64,000 bases of DNA from Dehalococcoidia bacterium. GTDB taxonomy: Bacteria > Chloroflexota > Dehalococcoidia > Lucifugimonadales > JAAXIE01. Below the pieces are notes generated by a model. That model did no database searches and had not been told where the DNA came from. It was given only the letters and a program-made list of their open reading frames with translations. The position numbers and the translations under genes were made by a program. Each line of letters opens with the position of its first letter. Position 1 is the stretch's first letter. The stretch is from positions 3,589,039 through 3,653,038 of the forward strand of contig OZ240229.1 of the NCBI GenBank assembly GCA_965197805.1, in the 5' to 3' direction. Shown here one piece after another: positions 46,078 to 55,740 of this stretch.

Positions 46078-47220
46078 CTAGAGAAAACTCGGCTTCTCGA
46101 AGTTGCCTTCCACTATGGGAACGGCGTCCAAGCCCAGCCAGTCTTCGAGGAGGGTGGTATACAGTCCCCTGAAGTCTAGGTTGGGGACCAGATCGCCCTG
46201 CTCCATATCGCCCGGCCTCATCGATGGATACTCACTGTACTGGCCGCCCTTGACCTTATCTCCGGCAATGAAAGCCACCCCGCCGGCTCCGTGGTCCGTT
46301 CCGGATCCGTTATCACGCACCCGTCGGCCGAACTCGGTGAACATCAGCAGGACCACGTTCTCGCTCGCATTGTGCTCCCTCAGGTCGTCAAAGAAGCTTT
46401 CCACCCCTTGCGACACATCCTTCCATAGCTTGTCGTGGGCTCCTACTTGGTTTGAGTGTGTATCAAAGGGGCCGTGATCACAGTAAAAGATGCGGGTACC
46501 GAGGTTGGCTAGATGAATCTGCGAAATCCCCTTGAGCTTCTTGGCGATGGTAGTCTCCGGATACTCCACATTGGAACTGTACATGCCCGGCACTTCGCTC
46601 AGGATGTCAGCGCCTTGCAGAGTATCCAGTCCTGTCTGCCCAAGGTATTCCATTGTTGCAGTGCTACCCATGTGGGGAGAATACAGACGAGCGAACTTAT
46701 CCAAAATCCTGGACCTCTGGCGTTGTTCCGAAATGCCTGGGAGAAGACCATAGGTGTCCAAGTCGTCGACACAAGCCACGGGCACACCGGTCAGGGCCAT
46801 GGCGCGGAACAGGGCCGGCCCAAAGCTAACACCTGTCAGCACATTCTCCTTGTTAGGGTCAATCTCCCGGATTGCCCGGCCCAGCCAACCCTCAGTCCCC
46901 AGTTTGTCGGGCTCGCATGTGTGCCAGATGTCCATAGAACGGAAGTGGGACCGCGGCGAGTTGGCATACCCGACTCCGTGGATAATGGCCAAGTCTCCTC
47001 GATCGTACAGGTTCTTGATCGGGCCCATCTCAGGATGCAGGCCTACTTCATCGTCAAGGGGGAGCACTCTGTCCAGTGGAACGCCGACATCGCGCCGGTT
47101 CTCCTCGTATAGCGAGTTAGCATAAGGCACCACTGTGTTTAAGTAATCATTACCCCCGCTCAACTGGAGCACTACCAGCACGGGGTCTTTGTTCGAACTT
47201 GTCATTGACGCCCTCCTCAC
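46078..47220 (-). CDS. DUF1501 domain protein (sulfatase-fold)
   Basis: LVVLQLSGGNDYLNTVVP...FDTH...GTDHG pattern is characteristic of DUF1501. Confidence 0.85.
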   Translation of the reverse strand: MRRASMTSSNKDPVLVVLQLSGGNDYLNTVVPYANSLYEENRRDVGVPLDRVLPLDDEVGLHPEMGPIKNLYDRGDLAIIHGVGYANSPRSHFRSMDIWHTCEPDKLGTEGWLGRAIREIDPNKENVLTGVSFGPALFRAMALTGVPVACVDDLDTYGLLPGISEQRQRSRILDKFARLYSPHMGSTATMEYLGQTGLDTLQGADILSEVPGMYSSNVEYPETTIAKKLKGISQIHLANLGTRIFYCDHGPFDTHSNQVGAHDKLWKDVSQGVESFFDDLREHNASENVVLLMFTEFGRRVRDNGSGTDHGAGGVAFIAGDKVKGGQYSEYPSMRPGDMEQGDLVPNLDFRGLYTTLLEDWLGLDAVPIVEGNFEKPSFL

Positions 47221-47226
47221 TTGTTC

Positions 47227-48630
47227 TTAGGCGTATTGGTACTCTCGCAACGCGACAATCAGTTGCAACAGCTCCGCTATTCTTTGGGTAGAAGCCTCAG
47301 AGGCCTCTTCACTACCCCAGCGGAAGTCACCGCCTTCTTTGGAGTAGTCAATTAGCTCCTGACGGCTTTCAGGGTCGACTTCCAAGGAGCCGAGGTACTC
47401 GAGGCAGCTGTCCACCACTTGGTCGCTGCTCTCGACGACCCCCTCTCGTATTCTCGAGACGATGGAGCTGACGCCTGGTCGCGTAGTGTCGCCTACCAAA
47501 TTGGCAGTGAAGTTGATACGCCGCATAAGAGACCCGCTGTTGATCCATTCTGTCCCGGTGTGCCAGCCCTCCACGCTCGGGGGATTCAGAAGGTCCTGCC
47601 CCATATAGGCTGGCTGCCTGGCTAGGTCACCGAGCCCCGGCGCAGGAAATTCAGCACCGCCCACCAATCTCAGCGTGCCCACCACTACCTCTGCCGGGTT
47701 CTTCAGACGGGCGAACCGTGCCTCCTTGAAAAAGTCAGAATTGAACATTGCCCGCAGCACCGAACGGAGATCGTAGTTGGACTCGACAAACACCTTGCAC
47801 ATCATGTCGATGGCCGCTGGGTCTCTGGGCGGAGTTACCGACCAGGCGGGCACCTGCGGCTCGTCTGCAACGAAAAAGTTGTACAGATGGCGCACCACGA
47901 ATTGGGCAGTAGCAGGCTGCTTGCAAACTATATTGATTATGTCCTCGCCATTGAACTCCCCAGTCTCACCAAGGAACGTCTTTATCCCGTCGTCGTGGTC
48001 TTCAGGCTTGTATTCGAAGAACCAGTCATGGCGCCCAATAGGGTCTCTGGGTAGCTTTGGGGCAATAGTCCATCCGGTAAACGCCCTCGAAGCCTCCCGT
48101 ACGTCCACCTCGGTGTAGTTCCCTACGCCCATACTGAACAGCTCCAGCAGCTCGCGGCCCCAGTTCTCGTTCACCGCATAGGAATGGTTTTCGCAATTGT
48201 CCAGCCAATAGATCATGGCCGGGTTTTTGGCGAGAGCAACTAGGAGGTCACGAAAGTTATTCATTCCTTTTTCACGGAAGAGCACAATCATGTCCATTAC
48301 TTCGTCGTAGTGGTCCACCTTGGAGACTCCAGCCGAGAATACCCCGTGCCAGAATAGCGCCATCTTCTCCTCAAGCGGGCGCATAGTGTTTAGCATGCCA
48401 TACATCCACTCGGCCGCCCCCATTCCAGCCATCGTTCCTGGACGCCAAGTCCACGGGTGATAGCGCAATACCTCGGCCCGGTCTATCGGCTTTTGCTCTT
48501 CAGGGCGCAGCAACTCTTCGACGGTTGCCTCGTATCCCTTGGCAGCGCGGACTTCCAACTCGTCCCGTGTAGCACCAAATCCAGCTCGCCGCATCAGATG
48601 GGCCATCAGGGCAACATCCTGGTTAGCCAT
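47227..48630 (-). CDS. DUF1800 domain protein
   Basis: HLMRRAGFGAT..ELE...FWHGVF pattern. The DUF1800-DUF1501 gene pair is a conserved arrangement. Confidence 0.85.
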   Translation of the reverse strand: MANQDVALMAHLMRRAGFGATRDELEVRAAKGYEATVEELLRPEEQKPIDRAEVLRYHPWTWRPGTMAGMGAAEWMYGMLNTMRPLEEKMALFWHGVFSAGVSKVDHYDEVMDMIVLFREKGMNNFRDLLVALAKNPAMIYWLDNCENHSYAVNENWGRELLELFSMGVGNYTEVDVREASRAFTGWTIAPKLPRDPIGRHDWFFEYKPEDHDDGIKTFLGETGEFNGEDIINIVCKQPATAQFVVRHLYNFFVADEPQVPAWSVTPPRDPAAIDMMCKVFVESNYDLRSVLRAMFNSDFFKEARFARLKNPAEVVVGTLRLVGGAEFPAPGLGDLARQPAYMGQDLLNPPSVEGWHTGTEWINSGSLMRRINFTANLVGDTTRPGVSSIVSRIREGVVESSDQVVDSCLEYLGSLEVDPESRQELIDYSKEGGDFRWGSEEASEASTQRIAELLQLIVALREYQYA

Positions 48631-48965
48631 AACTCATTCCTCCCTGCGGATGTTACGAAATTCGAAAGTCTTGTTGGCGTGGTTACCTCACGATAATAAC
48701 CCACCCATCTATGGCAGGCAAGCCACCATATTTACCCATTTGTTCCACCGGAGGGTAGCGTGAATACCTATCGCGCCCGCCTGAAAGAGTACCTCTTTGG
48801 CCCAGCCCTTTGAAGAGGCCATCCCAGCTGACGGCCCATATCGATCCTGCCTGCGACTTCACCAACTGCACCCCAGCCCCCAACAATCCTGAGCTCGATA
48901 CTCCAGCCGCGACGGTCCGACCTTTTTCGGGCATCCAAGTTTTGGAGTCTTCCCTGTGTCGAATG

Positions 48966-49771
48966 TACAATCACAGTCAGGTTCTGACACCCAAAGCGTC
49001 GATCAGAAAACTGATCTCGTGCGGAGGTCGAACAGATCGTACAGTCCACCCTAGCGGGAATTCCTGCCCCGGAACCCGCCTCGCCCGCGACGATGTGCAG
49101 CAGGTGATGGAGGCCTCGATTGCGAGGATTCCTGAGCTTGAACCTAGTAGGACCAGCGACGATGTCGTCAAGATAGTGGAGAAGATGGCGTCTATCGATG
49201 TTGGGCTCACTACCGAGGAAGCCGACAGGATAGTGCAGGCGAGACTGGCGAATTTGCCTCGACCTGAACCCGGGCCCGCACAGGACGATGTCGAAGAGAT
49301 TGTGGGGGCGGCCATAGCCGAGGTAGCCGAACCCGAACCGAGGCTCACTCGCGAGGAGGTCGGACGTATATCCCGAATGCTGTGGCGTCCGTCCCCCCCA
49401 AGTCAGCACTTGCCGACTACACCAAGTTCTTCGTCGAAAACGCCATCAGCCGGTACGATTCGGAGGGGCTCAACGTTACCCTCGCATACTACAATCGACC
49501 CGAGAGCGCTGATGGCCAGTGGTTCGCGTTCATTGCAGACGGCAATGGCAAGATCGTCGGCCACTACAATCCCGGAATGCTGGGAACAGGCCTTGATGAC
49601 CTGCTTGGGACGGACTCATTCACGGGCAGCCCGGGTGGCGCTTGGGTGACCGATACGGATGTTAACCCAGAGACCGGCAAGCCTGAGTCCATGAATGCAT
49701 GGGTCGTCAGCCACGACGGACTGGTCTTCGGCTCAGGCTGGGACCACGGCCACGTGAGTGAAGAAAACTGA
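48966..49771 (+). pseudogene. Protein with about five tandem 22-24 aa modules followed by a Cache-like extracellular sensor domain; one frameshift; start unresolved
   Basis: Modules are RDDVQQVMEASIARIPELEP / SDDVVKIVEKMASI / TEEADRIVQARLANLPRPEP / QDDVEEIVGAAIAEVAEPEP / REEVGRI-. The frame then shifts by -1 near 49374-49378 into NAVASVPPKSALADYTKFFVENAISRYDSEG...WFAFIADGNGKIVGHYNPGMLG (sCache_2-like). Confidence 0.45.
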
Positions 49772-50019
49772 AGCCCAACCGACTCCTAGAAACCTTGGCC
49801 CAGGTGCAGGACATTGAGATTCGTAACCCTCTCTGGTTCGTCTGGGCCTGCGAGCCATCTGCAGGTCACGCTGGCCGGAACGCCGGAGTAGTCCGAATCG
49901 GTGGCTCCGCCTTGATTCGTCTCCGTTAGGGGGATGGCCACCGTGCGTTCCGGGTCGGGCGCTGAGGGTGATCATCACCGACTGCGTGCCGCCTTCGGCG
50001 ACGGTGTAGGCGCTGGCCG

Positions 50020-50330
50020 TTCAGGTCATCGGCAACCTCCTGTCCAACGCCGCGCGGCACTCCCCGGAATCGTCGGTAATCACGGTGGTCGCAGTGCGGG
50101 AGAGCGTCCACGTAGAGATTTCGGTGGCCGATGAAGGGAGGGGGGATTCCCGCCTAGGACTTGCCCCACCTGTTCCGGAAGTTCTCTCGCGTCGAGCCAG
50201 ACGGTCAGGAGGAAGACACTGGCCTGGAGCTGGCGATCCGCAAGGCGATTATCGAAGCCCACGGGGGGCGCATCTGGGCCGCGAGCGACGGCCCAGGCTC
50301 GGGAGGCGCGGTTCACCTTCACGGTCCCGG
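50020..50330 (+). pseudogene. Sensor histidine kinase remnant (HATPase_c domain only)
   Basis: QVIGNLLSNAARHSPESSVITVVAVRESVHVEISVADEGRG, then an extra G in the G6 run (50140-50145). An in-frame TAG at 50155 sits where a sense codon is expected (IPA*DLPHLFRKFSRV...DTGLELAIRKAIIEAHGGRIWA). A further frameshift precedes ARFTFTVP. Confidence 0.6.
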
Positions 50331-50383
50331 CGGTCGAAGAGGCGGCAACCGAGCGCCATTGGCCTGCCCCAAGTGAGCAGCAA

Positions 50384-51064
50384 CAGGAGAGGAAGGGACA
50401 GCCCATCCTAGTGGTGGACGACGATCCGGAGACGATCCGGTACGTCCGGAAGCCGCTGTCCGAGGCTGGCTTCGACCCGATAGTCACCGCTGATCCGAAG
50501 GAGGTGCTTCTTCAGGTGGAGAACCGTCCTCACTTGGTCTTGCTCGACCTGATGCTGCCCGGCACAGACGGCATCGAGCTGATGCGGGACATCTTCGGCA
50601 TCGCCGACGTGCCGGTGATCTTCCTCTTTGCCTACGGCCGCGATCGGGTGGTTGCCCTAGCCTTCGAGATGGGTGCCGCCGACTACATCGTCAAACCATT
50701 CTCGCCCACCGATCTGGTGGCGAGGATCAGGGCAGCCCTGCGCAGGCAGGCGGAGCCGCACTAGCCCGAACCGTCGGAACCTTACATGCTGGGCGACCTG
50801 ACCATGTACTACGCCGGACGCCCCGTGCAGTTGACCTACATCGAATGCCGCCTGCTCTTGGAGCTCTCCGTCGACACCGGACGAGTCTTGACCCACGGCC
50901 AGTTGCTGCGAAGGGTATGGGGTCCCAGAGAAGCCAGCCGACCTGCGCTCCCTCCGCACTCACTTACGAGGGCTCCGCCGCAAGCGGGGGAAGACGCCAG
51001 CAACCCCACCTACATCTTTGCCGAACCGCGAGTTGGCTACCGCATGGCGAAGGGCGAAGGGTAA
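50384..51064 (+). pseudogene. OmpR-family response regulator, inactivated
   Basis: The REC domain ILVVDDDPETIR...LLDLMLPGTDG...DYIVKPFS is intact but has no upstream start. TAG at 50762 lies in the linker. In the winged-helix domain, two compensating frameshifts (about 50927 and about 50985) scramble LLRRVWGP[EKPADLRSLRTHLRGLRRK]GEDASNPTYIF. Confidence 0.65.
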
Positions 51065-51332
51065 AAAAGGAGGAGGCATCAGAGAACTGAACGGTGGTAA
51101 GCGTCCACCATGACACCTCTTGTTGCGGGGAACTGGACGACATCACGATCGTGCCACTATCTGCATGAAGTTTTAACTAGTGCTTGGTGGATTCCTGGGG
51201 TACGCCTCGTTCGATTCTGGGTGTGGGGATAACATAACCGGACGACGGTTCCCAAGGGACGTCTCACCGTGCAATAGAACCAGCTGGGCCTCTTGTGCAC
51301 AGAGATACGGACTATGCGTGGCTGCTGCCGGC

Positions 51333-52187
51333 CTACCCGCCCGGTGTAGGGGACCAGTTGTAGATCCTCGCCAAAGTCCCGCCCATGAGTGTCGTACGCT
51401 CTGAGTCGGAAAGCTCGTCGGTGACTCGAAACGCTTCGACCCCTTGCTCGTACGTCAGGAGATTCACAGCGCGGGTCCAATCTGTGCCCCACATGCAGCG
51501 GTCGAGGCCGAACGCGTCGAATATCCTGCGCAGGGGCTCCCAGATGTCTGGGTAGGGGTATGGCTGATGGGCCAGGGTGCAGGCGCCGGAAATCTTGATG
51601 GCTACGTTGTCGCATTCTGCAAGCGCAAGCACGTTGGCCATGTCGGAAAAGGGTTCAGGTGGCGCTGGTGGCTCCATGGGCTGGGCTATGCCCAAATGAT
51701 CAATCACTATTTGGGTGTCCGGGTTGCGGCGGGCCAGCTCACGCAGGAGAGGCAGCTTGCCTGAACTCATCACGTTTATGGGAATGCCAGCTCGGCCACC
51801 GGCAGCGAATATGCTGTTGATACCTGGGTCGTCCGCTTCATATGGCTGGGCCGTAAGCATGACACGGGCCCCGACCACACCCAACCTCGCGGCCCACTCG
51901 GCCACGTCGTAGGCGACCGTTGTCGATTGCGGATCGAACGGCCTGATCAGGCCGAATCTGCCGGGGTGTTTGGCGTATACCTCAAGGGCGTAGGTAGGGT
52001 CGTAGCGATACATACTGAACGGCGAGACCAGCAGTGCCCCGTCGACGCTGACTGCATCCATTGCCGCCACCATATCGTCGCCGCTGACCTCATTAGGCCC
52101 TACCAAGGTCCCAGCCCATGGGCGTCCAGGATGGTTGCGCTCATAGGAGTGTACCTGCGAGTCAATCGTTAGAGTGCGAGCCTCCAT
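51333..52187 (-). CDS. Amidohydrolase_2-family metal-dependent hydrolase/decarboxylase (ACMSD/LigI-like)
   Basis: IDSQVHSYE...(His-x-His type start)...VIDHLG...WGTDW motifs. ATG 52187 is preceded by GAGGAG. Confidence 0.85.
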   Translation of the reverse strand: MEARTLTIDSQVHSYERNHPGRPWAGTLVGPNEVSGDDMVAAMDAVSVDGALLVSPFSMYRYDPTYALEVYAKHPGRFGLIRPFDPQSTTVAYDVAEWAARLGVVGARVMLTAQPYEADDPGINSIFAAGGRAGIPINVMSSGKLPLLRELARRNPDTQIVIDHLGIAQPMEPPAPPEPFSDMANVLALAECDNVAIKISGACTLAHQPYPYPDIWEPLRRIFDAFGLDRCMWGTDWTRAVNLLTYEQGVEAFRVTDELSDSERTTLMGGTLARIYNWSPTPGG

Positions 52188-52536
52188 CGTCTCTCTCCTC
52201 GTGGTTTCTCTTGTTGTGCGGGGATGTCGGTGGCATGGGGATGCCGATTTGGCTTTGTCTCGACTCCCCAAGATTCTCGTCTGGGATACGCCAGTTTAAC
52301 ACCCGAAGTATGTTCCGATGTTGATATTGTGTGTGCGTGACCGGCTCAGCCATTCTCTAGCTACAGACGGCTCTTCTGGATATGGAATGGGGAAGACCTA
52401 GTGGAAAGCCTGTTGGATATCTCCGGGTGGAGGACTATCATAGTGCGTCGCTCTGGTATGGGAGTAAGAATCCATCCGTGATACAAGGGTGCCTCCTGTT
52501 TTGGCCTGGCACTCTGTACAGAGTAGGTGAAAGCCG

Positions 52537-54033
52537 ATGAGATGGGGCTTCGGGGTGCTTCTGGCGTTCGCAGCTCTGACGGTCTTGGTTGTGGGATGCG
52601 GCGGGGAAGATTCCATGATGACACAGAGAGACTCTGTGGAATCCGGCGCAATGGCTGAGGAAGGTGCGCTGCCTCGTGGGTTAGGCGACATGTCGGGAGG
52701 ACAAGATGCTCCTACGGCAGCTCGCGCTCAAGTGACACTCATCAGCCAGTCATTAGATGCTCTTGCGGCGACTCCAGCTGCGGCGACTCCAGCTCCTGCG
52801 GCAATTCCCGCTCCAGTGACAGTTTCCAACCAGTCAGGCGATGCGGGTAGCGGTGGTGGAAGGGTGCAAACGGCGCCTCTGCCCCAGAGTCGTATCATCG
52901 TACATACAGCGCGCATCTCCCTAGTGTTGGAGGACGTGGCTGGTACGGTGGACCGCATAGCCGGGGTTGCCCAAGGACTCGGTGGCTGGGTGGTCAGCTC
53001 CGACCGGACAGCGGAGCATACTGGCAGCGTGGCGATTCGTGTCCCTGCCGAGTCTTTGGATGAGGCTTTCCGGCAAGTGGAGGCGTTAGCCCTTGAAGTG
53101 GAGTCCCGCGCCGTAACCAGTGAGGATGTGACCGACGAGTATGTCGACAGCCAGTCCCGCCTTGCCAGCATGCGGGCTACCGAGGAGCGGTTGCTTTCCT
53201 TTTTGGAGCAGGCGCAGAACGTCGAAGACGCCCTGCTCGTGCAGAAGGAGATTTCCCAGTTGCAACGAGAGATTGAGCAGGTGCAGGGCAGGCTGAACTT
53301 CCTGTCACAGACTGCCGCCTTCTCTCTCATCGAAGTCTACCTGAAGCCCACCTCGGAGACTCTGGGCGTAGACGCTGGGGAAGATATGTCGGTGAGGGTG
53401 GGACAGGTGGCCCGTTTTCGTGCATCATTCCGGGCGCCGTCTGATATCGACGAGTTCTCCTTCACTTGGGACTTCGGCGATGGGACCTCGACTCCCGGCG
53501 GTGGCAGCGTGCTGCGGCCCGAGGGGCACCGGGTGACGGCCACGGTGAACCACACCTATGAGGACGACCGCGATTCGCCCTATATCGTGGCGGTGCAACT
53601 GCAGGGGACGGGAGAGGGCGGAATCGCGGAGGGTTCCGACTCAATTGAGGTTGCGGTGCGCGAGGTGCCCACCATTGAGGTGTTCGCTGGGGAGAACCTG
53701 ACGGCAGAAGAGGGCGAGGATATCGACTACAGTGCCTCGTTCACACGCCCCTCGGAATTGTGGGACTACGAGTACCAGTGGGACTTCGGCGACGGGTCGC
53801 CTACGGTGACAGGGAGTCCCTCTGAGGGGGGCGAGGGGAGCACACGCGTGGAAACGTCCCACGCCTTCCGCGATCATCGGCGTGCTGCCTACACGGTGAC
53901 CCTCAAAGTGACGGCCATGAGCGACGCGGGACAGGTCTCAGGGACAGACGAGTTCTCGGTGCGTGTAACCGAGTCCGAGGGTCTGCTGGTCTGGGGCTGG
54001 GATGTTGGGGAAACGGCTTGGTTCAGAACCTAA
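52537..54033 (+). CDS. Lipoprotein with a DUF4349 domain followed by two PKD-like domains
   Basis: Lipobox LVVGCGG. The DUF4349 core is IIVHTARISLVLEDV...VAIRVPAESLDEAF...VTDEYVDSQSRLASMRATEERLLSFLEQA.... This is followed by FTWDFGDGTS...HTYEDD and YQWDFGDGSP...YTVTLKVT (PKD signature WDFGDG). Confidence 0.75.
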   Translation: MRWGFGVLLAFAALTVLVVGCGGEDSMMTQRDSVESGAMAEEGALPRGLGDMSGGQDAPTAARAQVTLISQSLDALAATPAAATPAPAAIPAPVTVSNQSGDAGSGGGRVQTAPLPQSRIIVHTARISLVLEDVAGTVDRIAGVAQGLGGWVVSSDRTAEHTGSVAIRVPAESLDEAFRQVEALALEVESRAVTSEDVTDEYVDSQSRLASMRATEERLLSFLEQAQNVEDALLVQKEISQLQREIEQVQGRLNFLSQTAAFSLIEVYLKPTSETLGVDAGEDMSVRVGQVARFRASFRAPSDIDEFSFTWDFGDGTSTPGGGSVLRPEGHRVTATVNHTYEDDRDSPYIVAVQLQGTGEGGIAEGSDSIEVAVREVPTIEVFAGENLTAEEGEDIDYSASFTRPSELWDYEYQWDFGDGSPTVTGSPSEGGEGSTRVETSHAFRDHRRAAYTVTLKVTAMSDAGQVSGTDEFSVRVTESEGLLVWGWDVGETAWFRT

Positions 54034-54278
54034 TGGTGGAGTCTATCGAAGAAACCGAGGATGCGCTACGTCGACTCAACCTCGGCTCACCTTGGGGTAA
54101 TGACTTGAAGGTATCTGAACAGTTCTTATCTCCTGTATTTGAATCTTTCTACGAGAAATCTGGAATGTCAATCACCTCCAAGTCCAACTATTATTTCCTG
54201 ATTGATTACCTGGACGCCAGCGAAATCGATCTCGAAGTCACAAACGTGCTAGATGCCATTTACAATGTTTCCATTTGA
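54018..54278 (+). CDS. Hypothetical ORF in an AT-richer patch (possibly a gene remnant)
   Basis: Composition visibly differs from the flanks. No recognisable family. Overlaps the end of the previous gene. Confidence 0.2.
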   Translation: MVQNLMVESIEETEDALRRLNLGSPWGNDLKVSEQFLSPVFESFYEKSGMSITSKSNYYFLIDYLDASEIDLEVTNVLDAIYNVSI

Positions 54279-54398
54279 ACGAATATTGAATCGCTATCTC
54301 GTTTATCCACTCCCGACAAGCGAGAGGTCTACATACAGTCGGATGATGCTGGCGAAGTCGTGGCCATAAGGCGCACACTAGCCGTACCGTACCGTATC

Positions 54399-55325
54399 TC
54401 ACCCCACCTCGCCTTGGACCCAGGCGCGGATTAGGTGGTGGGCGATGGCTAGGGGTTCGGGGATGGTTAGGAGTTCGCTGTCCTTGCGCAGGGCGCGTTC
54501 TACTTCGTCGCGGGGGAACCATTGGACGTCGGCCATTTCGCCGTAGTCGATGGAGATGTCGGTGGTGGCGGCTTCGGCGTGGCTGCCTATCATCAGGGAG
54601 TAGGGGAAGGGCCAGGGTTGGGAGGAGTGGTAGCGCACGTTGCGGACTTGGACGCCGGCTTCCTCCATTATCTCTCGGGCGACGGCTTCCTCCATGGACT
54701 CGCCTTGGTCCAGGAAGCCCGCTAGGGCCGAGTAGCGGTTGGTGGGCTGGCGGCGGCCCGCGGAGCGTCCCATCAGGCAGCGGTCGCCATCCAGTACTAA
54801 GCAAATCACGACGGGGTCGGTGCGGGGGTAGTGCTCCGTCTCGCATTGGGAGCACTGGCGGACCTGCCCGCCTCTCTTCATGAAGGTGGGGTGGCCGCAG
54901 ATGGAGCAGAAGCCGTGGCGGCTGTGCCAGATGACTTGGGAGCGGGCTTGGGCGACCATCCCGGTCTCGGCGTCGCTGAGGAGAGCGGTAACGGAGCGGG
55001 CATCGACGTACCGGAGACCACTAGTCTCCAAGTTTTTTTCAGTAGCTGAGACGTCGACGGTGAAGTAGGCAACGCCGTCCAGCGACCCCAAGAATAGAGG
55101 CTCAGCGGTAACTTGCAGACGCGATACCTCTTCGGAAGTCAGCCATGCAAGGGCGTCAGTCTCTCTGGGAGAGGCAGGTGCGTCCAAGACCGGCACGTTG
55201 GAGTCCTTCAGCGGGAGGAACCTGCTGGAGGGGTTGACCGCCATGTCGGCGAGCCATTGGTCGTCGCGTCTTTCGCGGTCGCCGCGGTCGAGGGGGTTTC
55301 TGGAGTAGACGTGCGCCATGCCCAA
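54399..55325 (-). CDS. nudC: NAD(+) diphosphatase (NADH pyrophosphatase), Nudix family
   Basis: Zinc ribbon CSICGHPT...CSQCETEHYPR followed by the Nudix box GFLDQGESMEEAVAREIMEEAGV. Confidence 0.85.
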   Translation of the reverse strand: MGMAHVYSRNPLDRGDRERRDDQWLADMAVNPSSRFLPLKDSNVPVLDAPASPRETDALAWLTSEEVSRLQVTAEPLFLGSLDGVAYFTVDVSATEKNLETSGLRYVDARSVTALLSDAETGMVAQARSQVIWHSRHGFCSICGHPTFMKRGGQVRQCSQCETEHYPRTDPVVICLVLDGDRCLMGRSAGRRQPTNRYSALAGFLDQGESMEEAVAREIMEEAGVQVRNVRYHSSQPWPFPYSLMIGSHAEAATTDISIDYGEMADVQWFPRDEVERALRKDSELLTIPEPLAIAHHLIRAWVQGEVG

Positions 55326-55448
55326 TTGGTTGCTCCTTTGGTCCGTAACCCCTGCTGAATGGCGGGGCCAAGTTCGTTCGGGTTAGTGTAAGCGAAGAGG
55401 CCTACGGGCGGTACGCCTGTTGCTGGGAAATCGTCGGGGTTTTGACGA

Positions 55449-55694
55449 GTGGCGCATGCAGGCGTCTTCTGTGGCATCTCCTCCGGCTGCAACGTGGCCG
55501 CCGCCAACAAGCTGGCCGCGGCCCTGCCCGACTCCAAGGTTATCGTGACCATGATCAACGACACCGGCATGCGCTACTTCTCCACGCCCCTCTTCGGACA
55601 CGAAGCCTTCGCTGACATCCCCGACCGCCCCCACTCAGTACGCGAATCCGACACCCTCGAGCTCGCCCGCCGCAACCTGCACATAGTGCATTAG
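55449..55694 (+). pseudogene. Cysteine synthase (CysK/CysM) C-terminal fragment
   Basis: GVFCGISSGCNVAAANKLAAALPDSKVIVTMINDTGMRYFSTPLF is the C-terminal ~80 aa of PLP-dependent cysteine synthases. The N-terminal ~230 aa are absent. Confidence 0.6.
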
Positions 55695-55740
55695 GCCTCA
55701 TAGTTGTCGCTCGATCAAGACTGTGAAACTACGCGAGCAG

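Noticed and set aside
49393-49399. The C7 homopolymer as the site of the frameshift in the repeat/Cache gene (possible phase variation).
   Set aside because: Codon-by-codon reading shows the module pattern is restored by a shift at 49374-49378, upstream of the C-run. The C-run is read normally (VPPK) in the downstream frame.
50762-50764. In-frame TAG in the response regulator (and the TAGs in the integrase stump at 35754 and 35883) as pyrrolysine or other recoding.
   Set aside because: Frameshifts and truncation accompany them in the same genes. There are no pyl genes here and the positions are not functionally special. Plain nonsense mutations are more parsimonious.
52280-52480. A possible fifth word-array locus in the amidohydrolase/DUF4349 divergent gap (contains GGAATGGGGAA, GTTCCGATG, AGCTACA, GATAC).
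   Set aside because: Each word occurs only once and matches are 7-10 nt. I cannot exclude chance without a statistical scan.
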